From positions 1,488,001 through 1,552,000 of the forward strand of contig MU058000.1 of assembly GCA_013265495.1 (NCBI GenBank): DNA of 64,000 nt, written 5' to 3'. The translations under genes and the position numbers were made by a program. The notes beneath the pieces are model-generated. The model ran no database searches, had not been told where the DNA came from, and worked only from the letters and a program-made list of their open reading frames with translations. The DNA comes from Vicugna vicugna (Eukaryota). Shown one piece after another: positions 63,387 to 64,000 of this stretch (position 1 is the first letter of the stretch; each line of letters opens with the position of its first letter).

Positions 63387-64000
63387 CTCCACCTTTAGTT
63401 CTGAAGCAGATCATAACCAGAGATTATAAAGCTTACATTTTACAGGAAACTGAATTTTCAAGTAATCTATACAATGTTTGTTTTTTTAAATAAGAAATTG
63501 AGGTTGTCCAGGTTGCTTGTAAGTGAAATCATGATCCTATAATGATGAAGACACCACTACGTAATGAATGCATGTCCTTGTATTAACCTGCGGGTGTGGT
63601 GTGACAGCACGTGGTATTTGCCTTTGATGAAGGTACTCTTGTTGAACAGAAAGCACCAAATTCTTGTATTTGAATATATTAGAAACACCTTTTATTTCAA
63701 GAAATTCACAAAGAATAAAGTCTAGATCCAAATATAAAGCAGAACATATTATTTCACAGAAGAAAAAACTAAAATGAAACTCTATAGTTAAGCTTTTATT
63801 TAGTCTATTGATTTTAATTGCAGATTATCTCTTTTTTTCCAATTTATATCTAGAATAAAAAAAAGATACAAGCATTAATACAGAGTCTACTTTTAATTAA
63901 TTTTCTTTTCTGGTTCTAATTTTTTTCTTCCTTTTACATTTTTCTCTTTTGTTTTCTCCTGTGTCAATAATATACTGTATCGGTGAGAGAGGTTTTTTTT

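Overview
AT-rich, CpG-poor, repeat-dense mammalian DNA. I recognise no protein-coding host exon, RNA gene or prokaryotic feature. A large part of the window is interspersed repeat. It includes ancient L2, MIR, CR1/L3 and hAT/Tigger DNA-transposon fossils, MaLR (MLT1) and ERVL (MLT2) solo LTRs, several old L1s, three young 5'-truncated copies of one lineage-specific L1 3' end, and three ERV1-type solo LTRs with 4-bp target-site duplications (TSDs). The young L1 3' UTR, plus the absence of Alu, B1/B2, SINEC, Bov-tA/BovB and PRE-1 by eye, points to a camelid (inference). Nearly all L1s lie on the minus strand and the plus strand is T-rich, which suggests a large intron of a plus-strand gene (inference). 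The supplied ORFs look like chance ORFs except the L1 ORF1p and ORF2p remnants. I found no convincing new multi-gene system. Best leads: (1) a young intact LTR promoter carrying a compressed SOX17-OCT4-type motif plus NF-kB and STAT5 sites; (2) two same-family solo LTRs inserted independently 672 bp apart; (3) a near-perfect 187-bp tandem duplication with a templated junction insert; (4) a both-ends-intact L1 lacking its RT; (5) a STAT/IRF motif cluster near the right end; (6) a 54-nt candidate cassette exon. Repeat subfamily names come from recalled consensus similarity and need RepeatMasker/Dfam confirmation. Boundaries of old repeats are approximate.
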